Assembly: GCA_046290225.1 (NCBI GenBank)
Contig: JBKAGE010000078.1
Span: forward strand, 192,001 to 256,000
Source of the DNA: Bradymonadia bacterium
GTDB taxonomy: Bacteria > Myxococcota_A > Bradymonadia > UBA7976 > UBA1532
Direction of reading: 5' to 3'
Length of the DNA: 64,000 bases
Part shown: one piece after another, positions 19,107 to 27,518 of the stretch
Layout: each line of letters begins with the position of its first letter
How positions within the stretch are numbered: position 1 is the first letter of the stretch
Notes under the pieces: generated by a model
What the model saw: the letters and a program-made list of their open reading frames with translations, nothing else
Told to the model about the DNA's origin: nothing
Database searches by the model: none
Translations under genes and position numbers: made by a program

Positions 19107-20225
19107 TCATGGGTCCGAGGCCTGCAGTCGACGCCACAGGTCCGCGAGAATTTGTTCTGCGTCGTTGGCCCCCGCCTGAATGTGGGCGCCTTTCTCCGCA
19201 AGGGCCTCGACCTCTTCCGGTCGAGTGAGCATCTCGGTCACCGCCTCGGCCAGAGCACCGGGATGGGCCGCTTCGAAGTATCGCGCGGCGGGGCCAGTGT
19301 ACGCTCTGATGGCGGGCAAGTCTGCGGCGACGAGGGGCCGGCCGCTGGCGAGGGACCAGTGGGCCCCCCAGGGGGTCACAGCGCCGGCGAGCACTGCATG
19401 CTCAGGTCGCAGCGGGCAGATGACCAGCCTGCTGGTACGCAGTCGGTGGGGCAGCTCATCGAGGCGCGCCAGGGTCACCTGACTCTCCAAGCCAAGACTC
19501 TGAATGAGGCTGCGGACTGGCTGAGCCCTGCCGTCGTCGGGGACGACGAGGGTGAGCCGCCAGGGCACCTTCACCCGCGCCATGCCGTGCAGCAGCTCCT
19601 GCCAGCCGCTCCAGGGCTGAAGGCCCTCTACGTACAGGCACTGTGGCAACGCGGGGAGCGGCCCGGGCGACTCGAGCGTCGGCGCAGGATCTCGCACCGT
19701 GATCACCTTCGACGAAGCGACGCCCCTGCGGACGAGGGCCGACGCCTCCACGGTGGAGCGCGCCACTACGGCATCGGCCCGGGCGAGCACCTTGTCCTCG
19801 AGGGTGGCGAGATCAGCGAGTCGCGCTGCTGGGAGATCCGGATCTTTCGCTCGAAGGGCCATGGAGGGGGTGATCCCCGGCTCCACCACCACCTTGAGAC
19901 CCGCACGGCGGCGCATGACCACGGGGACAGCTGCGGTGATGCCCATCACGTGCACCAGCTGTGGCCGGATACGGTCGAGGGCGGGGCCCACCCGGTCAGC
20001 AACCTCACGGGCGAGGGCGTCAGGCGCCGCCCCCGGAGGGGCCTGCAGCTGGATGTGTCGCAGGCCCACCACCTCGGGCCAGTGGATCACCGGCGAGGGG
20101 CTCAGCACTCGGCCGCCGCCCGTCTCACCGAGCAGGACCGCTCTGCGGGCCACACGGGTCACCTCGGGGCCTGCCTCGTGCATGGAAATGGCGCTCACCA
20201 GCACCCGCTGGCCCGAAAGGCTCAT
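19107..20225 (-). CDS. Glycosyltransferase, GT-B fold (GT4-like)
   Basis: RPQLVHV, EDKVLARADAVVARS, ASGRPLVAADLPAIR, PGALAEAVTEML; ATGA coupling to lipA. Confidence 0.72.
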   Translation of the reverse strand: MSLSGQRVLVSAISMHEAGPEVTRVARRAVLLGETGGGRVLSPSPVIHWPEVVGLRHIQLQAPPGAAPDALAREVADRVGPALDRIRPQLVHVMGITAAVPVVMRRRAGLKVVVEPGITPSMALRAKDPDLPAARLADLATLEDKVLARADAVVARSTVEASALVRRGVASSKVITVRDPAPTLESPGPLPALPQCLYVEGLQPWSGWQELLHGMARVKVPWRLTLVVPDDGRAQPVRSLIQSLGLESQVTLARLDELPHRLRTSRLVICPLRPEHAVLAGAVTPWGAHWSLASGRPLVAADLPAIRAYTGPAARYFEAAHPGALAEAVTEMLTRPEEVEALAEKGAHIQAGANDAEQILADLWRRLQASDP

Positions 20226-21214
20226 TCGGCGCCCTCTGATACAGGTGCACCCTGCTGTGCATGGAGCAGGGCTTCGGCAGCATTGTAGGAAGACCGCACA
20301 AAGGGCCCGGCGAACACATGCTCGAAGCCCAGGTCATCACCCCAGCGCTTCAGCTGGGCATAGGCCTCCTCAGTGAGATACTCCACCACGGGTACGTGGC
20401 GAATGCTCGGGCGCAGGTACTGACCGATGGTCATGATGTTCACCCCCGCCTCCCTCAGATCACCCATGAGGGCCTTGATCTCCTCAGGCTGCTCACCGAG
20501 GCCCACCATCATGCCGCTCTTGGTCACCGTCTCGGGGTGGTGAGCGCTCACGTGAGCCAGCACGCCGAGTGACCAGTGATATCGGGCCCGAGGCCTGACC
20601 CGGCTGTACAGGCGCGGCACCGTCTCCACATTGTGATTGAAGACGTCCACGGGCCCTGAGGCCACCACATCGACGGCATCGAGATCACCGCGAAAGTCGG
20701 GGGTGAGCACTTCGATGACCGCTTCGGGCATCTCTGCCCTCACCGCCTCGGTCACCGCTCTGATGTGGGCAGCACCGCCATCGGGCAGGTCATCGCGATC
20801 GACGCTGGTGATCACCACATGGGCGAGACCCAGCGTCGCCGCGGCTTCTGCCACCCGGCGAGGCTCATCGGGATCGAGGGGCAAAGGCACCCCGGTGTCG
20901 ACGGCGCAGAACCCACATGCGCGGGTACAAATACTGCCCATAACCATGAACGTCGCCGTGCGTCGCTCGAAGCACTCGGCGAGGTTGGGGCACCGGGCCT
21001 CTTCGCACACCGTCACCAGCTGGGAAGAACGCAACAGGCGGCGTACGTCGCGTACGCGCTCGCCCTTCCCCATCTTGCGTTTCAGGAAGTCGGGCAGCCT
21101 CAGGGCCTGGCGATCGCGACCGAAGCGATCCCCAGGGGGATGGGCCTGAAGGACCGGCAGAGCCTCACCCCGTCGGCGAGGCTCTGGAGGAGAGGCCCCT
21201 TGAGAAGATGACAT
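20222..21214 (-). CDS. lipA: Lipoyl synthase
   Basis: CEEARCPNLAEC auxiliary cluster motif, radical-SAM CTRACGFC, GPFVRSSYNA. Start at ATG 21214 with AGGAG SD. Confidence 0.96.
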   Translation of the reverse strand: MSSSQGASPPEPRRRGEALPVLQAHPPGDRFGRDRQALRLPDFLKRKMGKGERVRDVRRLLRSSQLVTVCEEARCPNLAECFERRTATFMVMGSICTRACGFCAVDTGVPLPLDPDEPRRVAEAAATLGLAHVVITSVDRDDLPDGGAAHIRAVTEAVRAEMPEAVIEVLTPDFRGDLDAVDVVASGPVDVFNHNVETVPRLYSRVRPRARYHWSLGVLAHVSAHHPETVTKSGMMVGLGEQPEEIKALMGDLREAGVNIMTIGQYLRPSIRHVPVVEYLTEEAYAQLKRWGDDLGFEHVFAGPFVRSSYNAAEALLHAQQGAPVSEGAE

Positions 21215-21275
21215 CACACGCTCCTGGGCTGGCGGGTTCCTAACACGGGCCTCGAAAGAAGACAAGTGAGGGTGG

Positions 21276-21304
21276 TTGACAACGGGGGGTGACCCCCTTA
21301 ACCT
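21276..21304 (+). promoter_or_regulatory. Sigma70-type promoter of rpsU
   Basis: TTGACA (21276-21281), 17-bp spacer, TAACCT (21299-21304), then a GC-rich discriminator. Confidence 0.7.
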
Positions 21305-21410
21305 CCCTGCGCCTCGGGCCGTATGTGTTTAAGGTTCTGCGGGTGGTGCTTCGTGCTCACCCGGTTTTTATGAAGCCCGATTATGAAACACTCTGAAAGG
21401 TGGTGGTTTC

Positions 21411-21665
21411 TTGAGCTCCAGCTCCGCTCCCCAAACCGAACTCGTCCTTCGTCCCCTCGAGGTGGTGGTCGAAGGCGACAACTTCGAGCGGGCCGTCAAG
21501 GCCCTCAAGCGCCGTGTGGCCCAGGAGGGCATCTACAAAGAGCTTAAGCGGCGTCGTTTTTATGAAAAGCCCTCGGTGAAGGCCAAGCGCAAGCAGCGCG
21601 AGGCCGAGCGTCGTCGTCGCAAAGAGCGTCGTCGCGCCATCCGGGCTGCAGCGCGCCGCAAGTAA
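21411..21665 (+). CDS. rpsU: 30S ribosomal protein S21
   Basis: FERAVKALKRRVAQEGIYKELKRRRFYEKPS; TTG start uncertain. Confidence 0.93.
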   Translation: MSSSSAPQTELVLRPLEVVVEGDNFERAVKALKRRVAQEGIYKELKRRRFYEKPSVKAKRKQREAERRRRKERRRAIRAAARRK

Positions 21666-21746
21666 GCCGCCTCCTGGTCCCTCCCTCTACCTCGACCTCT
21701 CGGTCCCCACTCCAATCACTTCCCACTCACTTCACAGTATCCTGCC

Positions 21747-21944
21747 ATGCTCACTGGTTATGAAGGCCTCAAGGTGTTCACCGCCGCCAAGTCATCAGAG
21801 CGCGAGCGTCTCGGCACTCGTCTCACCGACTGGCTCGCCAGCACCCCGGACATCGAGGTCGTGGACACCATCGTCCGCCAAAGCAGCGACAATCAGTTTC
21901 ACTGCCTTTCCATCCTCGTTTTCTACCGACGCAGAACTTTTTAA
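21747..21944 (+). CDS. Small hypothetical protein (65 aa), myxobacterial-type
   Basis: GLKVF...ERERLG...WL...VVDTIVRQSSDNQFHCLSILVFY; resembles a recurrent small Myxococcota protein (recalled, not searched); typical codon usage. Confidence 0.7.
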   Translation: MLTGYEGLKVFTAAKSSERERLGTRLTDWLASTPDIEVVDTIVRQSSDNQFHCLSILVFYRRRTF

Positions 21945-22022
21945 TCTCTGCCACCTGGGCTAAGTTGAAACCCGAGGCACGCCCTGTGTCGAACGGTCAT
22001 CACCCCAACCTCGAGTGAGCCG

Positions 22023-24416
22023 GTGGAGAAGAGCCCCACACCCGTGGCCACTTCGGTCACCCGGAAAGACGAGCCCTCGGTCAACGATCTCATCGATCGA
22101 CTGCTCGACATCACCCCTCGGTTCGAGATCCAGGGGGAGCTGGCCCGTGGCGCCATGGGCCGCATCATGGCCGGATGGGACCTCCACCTTGGTCGGCCGG
22201 TGGCCATCAAGCTGCTGCGCAGATCCACCCCTCGAGATCTCGATCGGATTCGGTTCCTCGAAGAGGCCCAGGTCACTGGCCAGCTGCAACACCCCAGCAT
22301 CATGCCGGTGTACGAGATCGGCCGTATTCAAGATCAGGTGGGCTTCGTCATGAAGCGCATCGAGGGTCGCAGCCTCAAGGAGATCATCGGCAGCCTGCAG
22401 CGCGGTGAGCCCGATGTGGAGCGCGAGTTCGGCCTGAACCGGATTCTGCAGATCTTCGGCCGCCTGTGTCTCGCCGTGGCCTATGCCCACAGTCGGGGCG
22501 TGGTCCACCGCGATCTCAAGCCTTCCAATGTGATGGTGGGTGACTTCGGCGAGGTGGTGCTCCTCGACTGGGGTCTGTGCAAGATCATCAGCCAGCAGAC
22601 GCGGTCATCGAGATCCACGAGCGGACGTTGGCGCACGGTGCACGGTCAAATCATCGGTACGCCAGCGTACATGGCCCCCGAACAGGCCATGGGTCAGATC
22701 GACGCCGTAGATCCTCGCACGGATGTCTATGGTCTCGGCGCGATTCTGTATCACCTGCTCACCCTGGCCCCGCCCTTTGGGGGCAAGAGCAACCGCGAGA
22801 TCATCCGCAAGGTGCTCAACGGCACGGTGCCTTCGGCGCGCAAGCGTGCCCCTCACCGGGACATCCCACCAGAGGTGGAGCGCCTGGTGATGACCTGCCT
22901 GTCACGTGATCCGGCGGAGCGCTATCCGAACGCCAAGGCCGTCACCGACGCCCTCGACCATCTGCGCAACGCCGGTGCGTTGAGCGAGACCCGCACCCAC
23001 CCCATGATCATGGACAGCGTGGACACCCGCATCGAAGAGTGTCTCGCCAAGGGTGTCGCGGCGCTGAACCGCCAGCAGAGCCTGCTCGAAGATGCCGCGC
23101 TGGTCTCCGACACTTTGCTCACGGGGCAGCTCGAAGTGGCCCCCGATGATCCGCCGGAGGCAAAGGCCGCCGTCTGGAGTGCCGAAGATCGGCTGGTACA
23201 GCTCGAGGCCCAAGTCGCGGAGGCCTATGCAGAGGCAGTCGCGGCGCTCACCACCGTCGTGGCCCTGGATCGTGATCACTACGAAGCTCGATCCATGCTG
23301 TGCGATCTCTTCATGGCCCGGTACGACAGGGCCGAGGCCAGCGGTGACGGTCCGGGGTTGTCGTACTACCGACGCCTCATCGCCGAATATCACGACGGTC
23401 GGCACCAGGCCTTCCTCGACGATCGGGGCAGTTTGCAGGTGGATATTCACCCGCCTGAGGCCGAGGTCTGGCTCACCCGGTTCGAGGCCCGCTCGCGACG
23501 TCTGACCTCGGAGGACCCGCAGCCACTCACCGGGCAGCCGCTCATGCTCCGAGATCTCCCCGCAGGGCGGTATCAGATCAGGGCCACAGCTCCGGGTCAC
23601 GAGGCTCTGATCACCACTTTGATCATCCAGTCGGGTCAGAGCACGCGGTTGCGGTTGCGCATGTTGCCTCACCACATGGTGCCCGACGGCTTCGTGCACA
23701 TCCCCGCCGGTACGTTCAGGTATGGATCCGCCCGCAGCTCTATCTGGATGCCAAGCGAGCAGGCCCTGCCGGACTTCCTCATCGGGCACAGGCCGGTCAC
23801 AGTGGCCGAGTACGGGCACTTCGTGCAGGACGTCGCCTCAAGAAACCCTCAGGAGGCTCTGGCCAGAGTACCGCGGACCCACGACGGTACAGCGCCAGCC
23901 TGGCAAATCAGTCAGAGGGGTGAGGTGCTGATTCCCGGTGTGAACGGGACCCCTGGCCCCTGGCAGGCAGAGAGCCCTGTGGTCTCCATCTCGGCCCACG
24001 ACGCCGCTGCTTACTGTCAGTGGCTCGGAGAGCGCCTGGGCGCACGTCTCCGGCTGCCCACCGAAGAAGAATGGGAGAAGGCGTGTCGGGGTGCCGACGG
24101 GCGACACTACCCCTGGGGTTTTCACTGGGAAGCCACATATACAGTGTGCCCGGAGACATGGTCAGGGCCGCTGCCCCCTGCAGTGGGCCATGCCCCAGCA
24201 GACTTGTCCCCTTATGGCGTGCAGGATCTCGCTGGCTGTGTCCGAGAGTGGACCGCAACCCTTGAGCCCGGACCACGAACCCAGGTGGCCATTCGAGGGG
24301 GCTCCTTTTTGACAGGTGGCCAAGGCAGCCGCCCGGCATGGGCCAGAGATGTGAGCCCTGCGAACCGAACAGCCCCGGATTTGGGCTTCCGCCTCGCCCG
24401 GGACATCACCTTCTGA
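22023..24416 (+). CDS. Ser/Thr protein kinase with PEGA-like and C-terminal FGE-sulfatase (SUMF1/CLec-fold) domains
   Basis: ARGAMG, VAIK, HRDLKPSN, DWG, GTPAYMAPE; RLPTEEEWEKACRG, YPWG, SPYGVQDLAGCVREW, RGGSF, DLGFRLAR. No transmembrane segment seen; start uncertain. Confidence 0.9.
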   Translation: MEKSPTPVATSVTRKDEPSVNDLIDRLLDITPRFEIQGELARGAMGRIMAGWDLHLGRPVAIKLLRRSTPRDLDRIRFLEEAQVTGQLQHPSIMPVYEIGRIQDQVGFVMKRIEGRSLKEIIGSLQRGEPDVEREFGLNRILQIFGRLCLAVAYAHSRGVVHRDLKPSNVMVGDFGEVVLLDWGLCKIISQQTRSSRSTSGRWRTVHGQIIGTPAYMAPEQAMGQIDAVDPRTDVYGLGAILYHLLTLAPPFGGKSNREIIRKVLNGTVPSARKRAPHRDIPPEVERLVMTCLSRDPAERYPNAKAVTDALDHLRNAGALSETRTHPMIMDSVDTRIEECLAKGVAALNRQQSLLEDAALVSDTLLTGQLEVAPDDPPEAKAAVWSAEDRLVQLEAQVAEAYAEAVAALTTVVALDRDHYEARSMLCDLFMARYDRAEASGDGPGLSYYRRLIAEYHDGRHQAFLDDRGSLQVDIHPPEAEVWLTRFEARSRRLTSEDPQPLTGQPLMLRDLPAGRYQIRATAPGHEALITTLIIQSGQSTRLRLRMLPHHMVPDGFVHIPAGTFRYGSARSSIWMPSEQALPDFLIGHRPVTVAEYGHFVQDVASRNPQEALARVPRTHDGTAPAWQISQRGEVLIPGVNGTPGPWQAESPVVSISAHDAAAYCQWLGERLGARLRLPTEEEWEKACRGADGRHYPWGFHWEATYTVCPETWSGPLPPAVGHAPADLSPYGVQDLAGCVREWTATLEPGPRTQVAIRGGSFLTGGQGSRPAWARDVSPANRTAPDLGFRLARDITF

Positions 24417-24426
24417 GTACGTATCA

Positions 24427-24452
24427 AAATCCCATATTGAAAGCCCATATAG
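24427..24452. repeat. 13-bp tandem direct repeat AAATCCCATATTG / AAAGCCCATATAG
   Basis: 11/13 identical, AT-rich, intergenic; GTTGCCA-N5-TGGCAAC inverted repeat follows at 24482-24500. Confidence 0.55.
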
Positions 24453-24591
24453 GCATCACTGCACATCGAGGTGTTGTGGTCGTTGCCAGCCTTTGGCAAC
24501 ATCAGCGCCCCTCATCGGCGCCGAGCGACGGCCCACCCTTTGAGGTCAAGGGGCTCACACTCCCCGTTCGAGAATTCTGGAGAAGCGCACT

Positions 24592-25458
24592 GTGACAGCG
24601 ACCGTGGTGGTGGATGAATCCGACATCAAGACCCTCGACGATCAGCTCTGGCGTCGTCTGGGCATTACTCAGACCTTCGAGCAGCTGCTCGTCAAGGCCG
24701 TGGCCACTCACCCCGGTGAGATGACCGCGGTGCGAGACTTCGCCGGCCAGAGCCTGCAAGGTGGCGCAGCGAAGTTCTGGGAGATGAGCTTCCCCAAGCT
24801 CGTCAAGGATCTGACCAAGCGACAGATCCTCGCCAGCAGCGATGGCCAGGTGGCCCTCTCTGACGACTTCGGCGATCGACTGAGCAAGCTCATCGAAGGC
24901 CAGCGTGCTGGCGACAGCCGCGTGGCCCCGACGCCGGGTGTCACCTTGGAAGACGTGCTCGCTCAGGCGAAGGCCCGTGAAGAGCGTCTCAAGGCCATCG
25001 AGAAAGAGAAGAAGAAGACCACCCGCAAGACAGCAACGAAGAAGTCTGCGGGCAGCGCCACGCCAAAGAAGCGGGCCGGCGACTCTTCCGAGGCCAAGGC
25101 CACGCCTGCAAAGGCAGCTGCGGCGAAGGTGGTGCCCACCGTCGCTGAAGAGCCTGCTGTGACGCAGATCCCTGCAAAGGATCTGTTCAACAGCCGTCGG
25201 GTGAACCGTTTGCTCGATGCCCTCGACAACAACCAGCTCTCCCTCGACCAGCTGGGCTCGCGTCTCGGGCTCTCAGGCCACAGCCTGAAGCGCTTCATCG
25301 ACACGACGAGTGCCCTGAACCTCACCCGGCAGCAGGAGAACCTCGTCGAGCTGCACTGGGATGGCCGGGAGCTGGCCCGCACCACCGACATCGATCGCCG
25401 CCGGGCGGTGATGGATACAGTGAAGAAACTGCGTGAAAGTGCAGAAGAGAACGAATAG
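24592..25458 (+). CDS. Hypothetical protein; two winged-helix-like domains joined by a Lys/Ala/Thr-rich linker
   Basis: KLVKDLTKRQILASSDGQVALS and LSLDQLGSRLGLSGHSLKRFIDTTSALNL wHTH-like patterns; KKKTTRKTATKK...AKATPAKAAAAK linker. Confidence 0.7.
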   Translation: MTATVVVDESDIKTLDDQLWRRLGITQTFEQLLVKAVATHPGEMTAVRDFAGQSLQGGAAKFWEMSFPKLVKDLTKRQILASSDGQVALSDDFGDRLSKLIEGQRAGDSRVAPTPGVTLEDVLAQAKAREERLKAIEKEKKKTTRKTATKKSAGSATPKKRAGDSSEAKATPAKAAAAKVVPTVAEEPAVTQIPAKDLFNSRRVNRLLDALDNNQLSLDQLGSRLGLSGHSLKRFIDTTSALNLTRQQENLVELHWDGRELARTTDIDRRRAVMDTVKKLRESAEENE

Positions 25459-25547
25459 CACCTCTGTATCCCCCAATACCTGACCCACCCTCAAGCTCAC
25501 TCACACCATCGACCGACATCTTATCTGTCAACTGAGGCAGACAAGGT

Positions 25548-25874
25548 GTGTTCGTGGCGACTACCCTTCACCGGTCTTTTCCCCGCATTCATATGCCCAT
25601 CGAGGTCAGCTGCGAAGAGCTGCCTCACTGTGGTCCGATCACCACACGAGACATTTCAGTGGGTGGGGTCTTTCTCTTCACCGCCTCCGAGGTTGCCCTC
25701 GGTACGGTCCTCCACATGCGATTTGTGTGTGATGGTGCCCGACTGAAGGCCACAGGTGAAGTCGTGCATCGACTTCCAGGCATCGGTGTCGGTGTGGCCT
25801 TCAGGGTGGTCGATGCGCGTTGGGCGGGTCAGGTGGAGTCGTTCATTCTCGCCGCCGAAGCACAGGCGGCCTGA
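25548..25874 (+). CDS. Stand-alone PilZ-domain protein (c-di-GMP receptor)
   Basis: RxxxR (RSFPR), DxSxGG (DISVGG), GEVVH, GVGVAF. Confidence 0.85.
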   Translation: MFVATTLHRSFPRIHMPIEVSCEELPHCGPITTRDISVGGVFLFTASEVALGTVLHMRFVCDGARLKATGEVVHRLPGIGVGVAFRVVDARWAGQVESFILAAEAQAA

Positions 25875-25882
25875 CCACACTC

Positions 25883-26956
25883 TCAGAAACGGCCATGGAG
25901 CAAGAGTCCGCCAGGGCTCGCTGTGACACCCACTGACGACTTTTGCTCTGGGGTCTCCTCGTAAAACCACAGGAAATAGACAGCTGTGCCCGCAGCTACG
26001 GCAGTCACAGCCCACCCGACATTGGCCAGGGTGCGCTTGCGGTTGAACTCAGCCTCAAGATCGCTGAAAGGCTCATTGGCAGCCTTTCGATCTTCTGCTT
26101 GTGACTGCAGGTCGAGGACATCCAAGCCAATGATGGTCGATGCCGTGGCCGCACCCAGAGCGATGACACCGGATCCAACACCCAACCACAGACCGGCGTT
26201 GTCGCCCTCGGTGGGTTTCTTCGGCTTGACCACCACCTCGGGTGGGGCAGGTGGGAGGGCGATCTCGATGGTGCGTGGTCCTTGGGACTGCTGCAGGCTG
26301 AACCGCTGAGTCACACGGCGAGTGTCCATCTCCACCGTGACACTGTGCTCACCCACTGGGAGCCGCATGGCCACTGGCGTACGCCCCCTCGGCCGACCGT
26401 CGAGGTTGATGCGCGCACCTGTGGGGTTGCTCAAAAAGGTCACCTTGACCTCTGCGGGGCGGATCTGACGCAACAAGATGTCGAAAATCTGCTCGGCGAG
26501 GCTGGCCTGCCAACCTTCCCCCTCAGCTCTCAGGCGGCTCTGTTGGAGCACCTTCTTGCTGTTGACCTCGATGATCGCCACTTCGAACCACCACCCATCA
26601 TCTTGAGTGGTGAGCTTGCCCCACATCAGCCAGTCCGCTTTGAAGTTGGCGCCGACTTGAGCCATGCAAACGGGCTGCTCGTCGAAGCAGCCCAAGGTCA
26701 GCCTGGCATCTTCGAGAGACATGACCACGGGGCCCACCTCGGTGAGATCCTGGTCACCCTCGATGAGCTTTCTCAACACAGTGAGCAACTCATCTGCAGC
26801 GCCGGTGTAGGCGGACTCCGCTTCAAAGGGCACGATGGCCAGAGAGACGCTGTCGGCAGCTGGAGGCGCAGCAACACTCTCACGGGGTGTAATTACGGTG
26901 ATCAGGAATGAAATGATCAGCCAGGAAAAGGCGCTTCGCACGGAGATCTCGACCAT
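25883..26956 (-). CDS. Exported PEGA-domain protein with C-terminal membrane-associated segment
   Basis: Signal peptide; SNPTGARINLDGRPRGRTP PEGA motif; hydrophobic Gly-rich C-terminus ending LLHGRF. Confidence 0.8.
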   Translation of the reverse strand: MVEISVRSAFSWLIISFLITVITPRESVAAPPAADSVSLAIVPFEAESAYTGAADELLTVLRKLIEGDQDLTEVGPVVMSLEDARLTLGCFDEQPVCMAQVGANFKADWLMWGKLTTQDDGWWFEVAIIEVNSKKVLQQSRLRAEGEGWQASLAEQIFDILLRQIRPAEVKVTFLSNPTGARINLDGRPRGRTPVAMRLPVGEHSVTVEMDTRRVTQRFSLQQSQGPRTIEIALPPAPPEVVVKPKKPTEGDNAGLWLGVGSGVIALGAATASTIIGLDVLDLQSQAEDRKAANEPFSDLEAEFNRKRTLANVGWAVTAVAAGTAVYFLWFYEETPEQKSSVGVTASPGGLLLHGRF

Positions 26957-27015
26957 GTTCGCCGCTCTGTGATTCCTCTGGGGAAGACCATAGCACGGGG
27001 TAGCCTTCGTGACTC

Positions 27016-27037
27016 CCCTTCTCCGCCCTTCTCCGCC
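27016..27037. repeat. 10-bp tandem duplication CCCTTCTCCG x2
   Basis: 27016-27025 and 27026-27035, just downstream of the stop at 27045. Confidence 0.5.
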
Positions 27038-27044
27038 ACCTCGC

Positions 27045-27518
27045 TCAGGGGATCATGCGGGAGAGCCTGATGGCGGTGTCGTCACCGCTGGGGGCGTTGG
27101 CCCTGAAGACCATCATCTGGCTGTAGATGGCGCCTCGACGTTTGGGGGTGATCCAGGCGTAGCCGGCGCCATCGATGCCGGGCTCTACACGAAATCCGTT
27201 GCCCTTGACACTCATCTTGAGCAACGGGAAGCGCTCCACGTAGTACCGCTTCATGATTTGCATTTTGGGGCCGCAGTGGAACCTGAGCCACTCTCGATCT
27301 GCCGCCTTGGGCACACAGCCTTCCGGAATGGAAACGCCCCAAAGGACATCTCCCGAAGGTTGAGGCAAACCTGCGAGTGGATCGACATAGCCTTCTGGAC
27401 GACCCGCATCAGCCACCACCGCATCAGGTCCGCTGACCTCAGCGTCGGGCGTAGACGTTGTCGATGAGCACCCAAAAAGCAGACAGAGGGTGCCGGCCAG
27501 GCCTGCTCTAGTCAGCAA
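27045..27518 (-). CDS. Hypothetical lipoprotein downstream of pilY1
   Basis: LCLLFGC lipobox; overlaps the pilY1 stop. Confidence 0.65.
   Translation of the reverse strand: MLTRAGLAGTLCLLFGCSSTTSTPDAEVSGPDAVVADAGRPEGYVDPLAGLPQPSGDVLWGVSIPEGCVPKAADREWLRFHCGPKMQIMKRYYVERFPLLKMSVKGNGFRVEPGIDGAGYAWITPKRRGAIYSQMMVFRANAPSGDDTAIRLSRMIP

Noticed and set aside
24200..24591. FGE/CLec C-terminus as a diversity-generating retroelement target
   Set aside because: No template repeat and no reverse transcriptase in the window.
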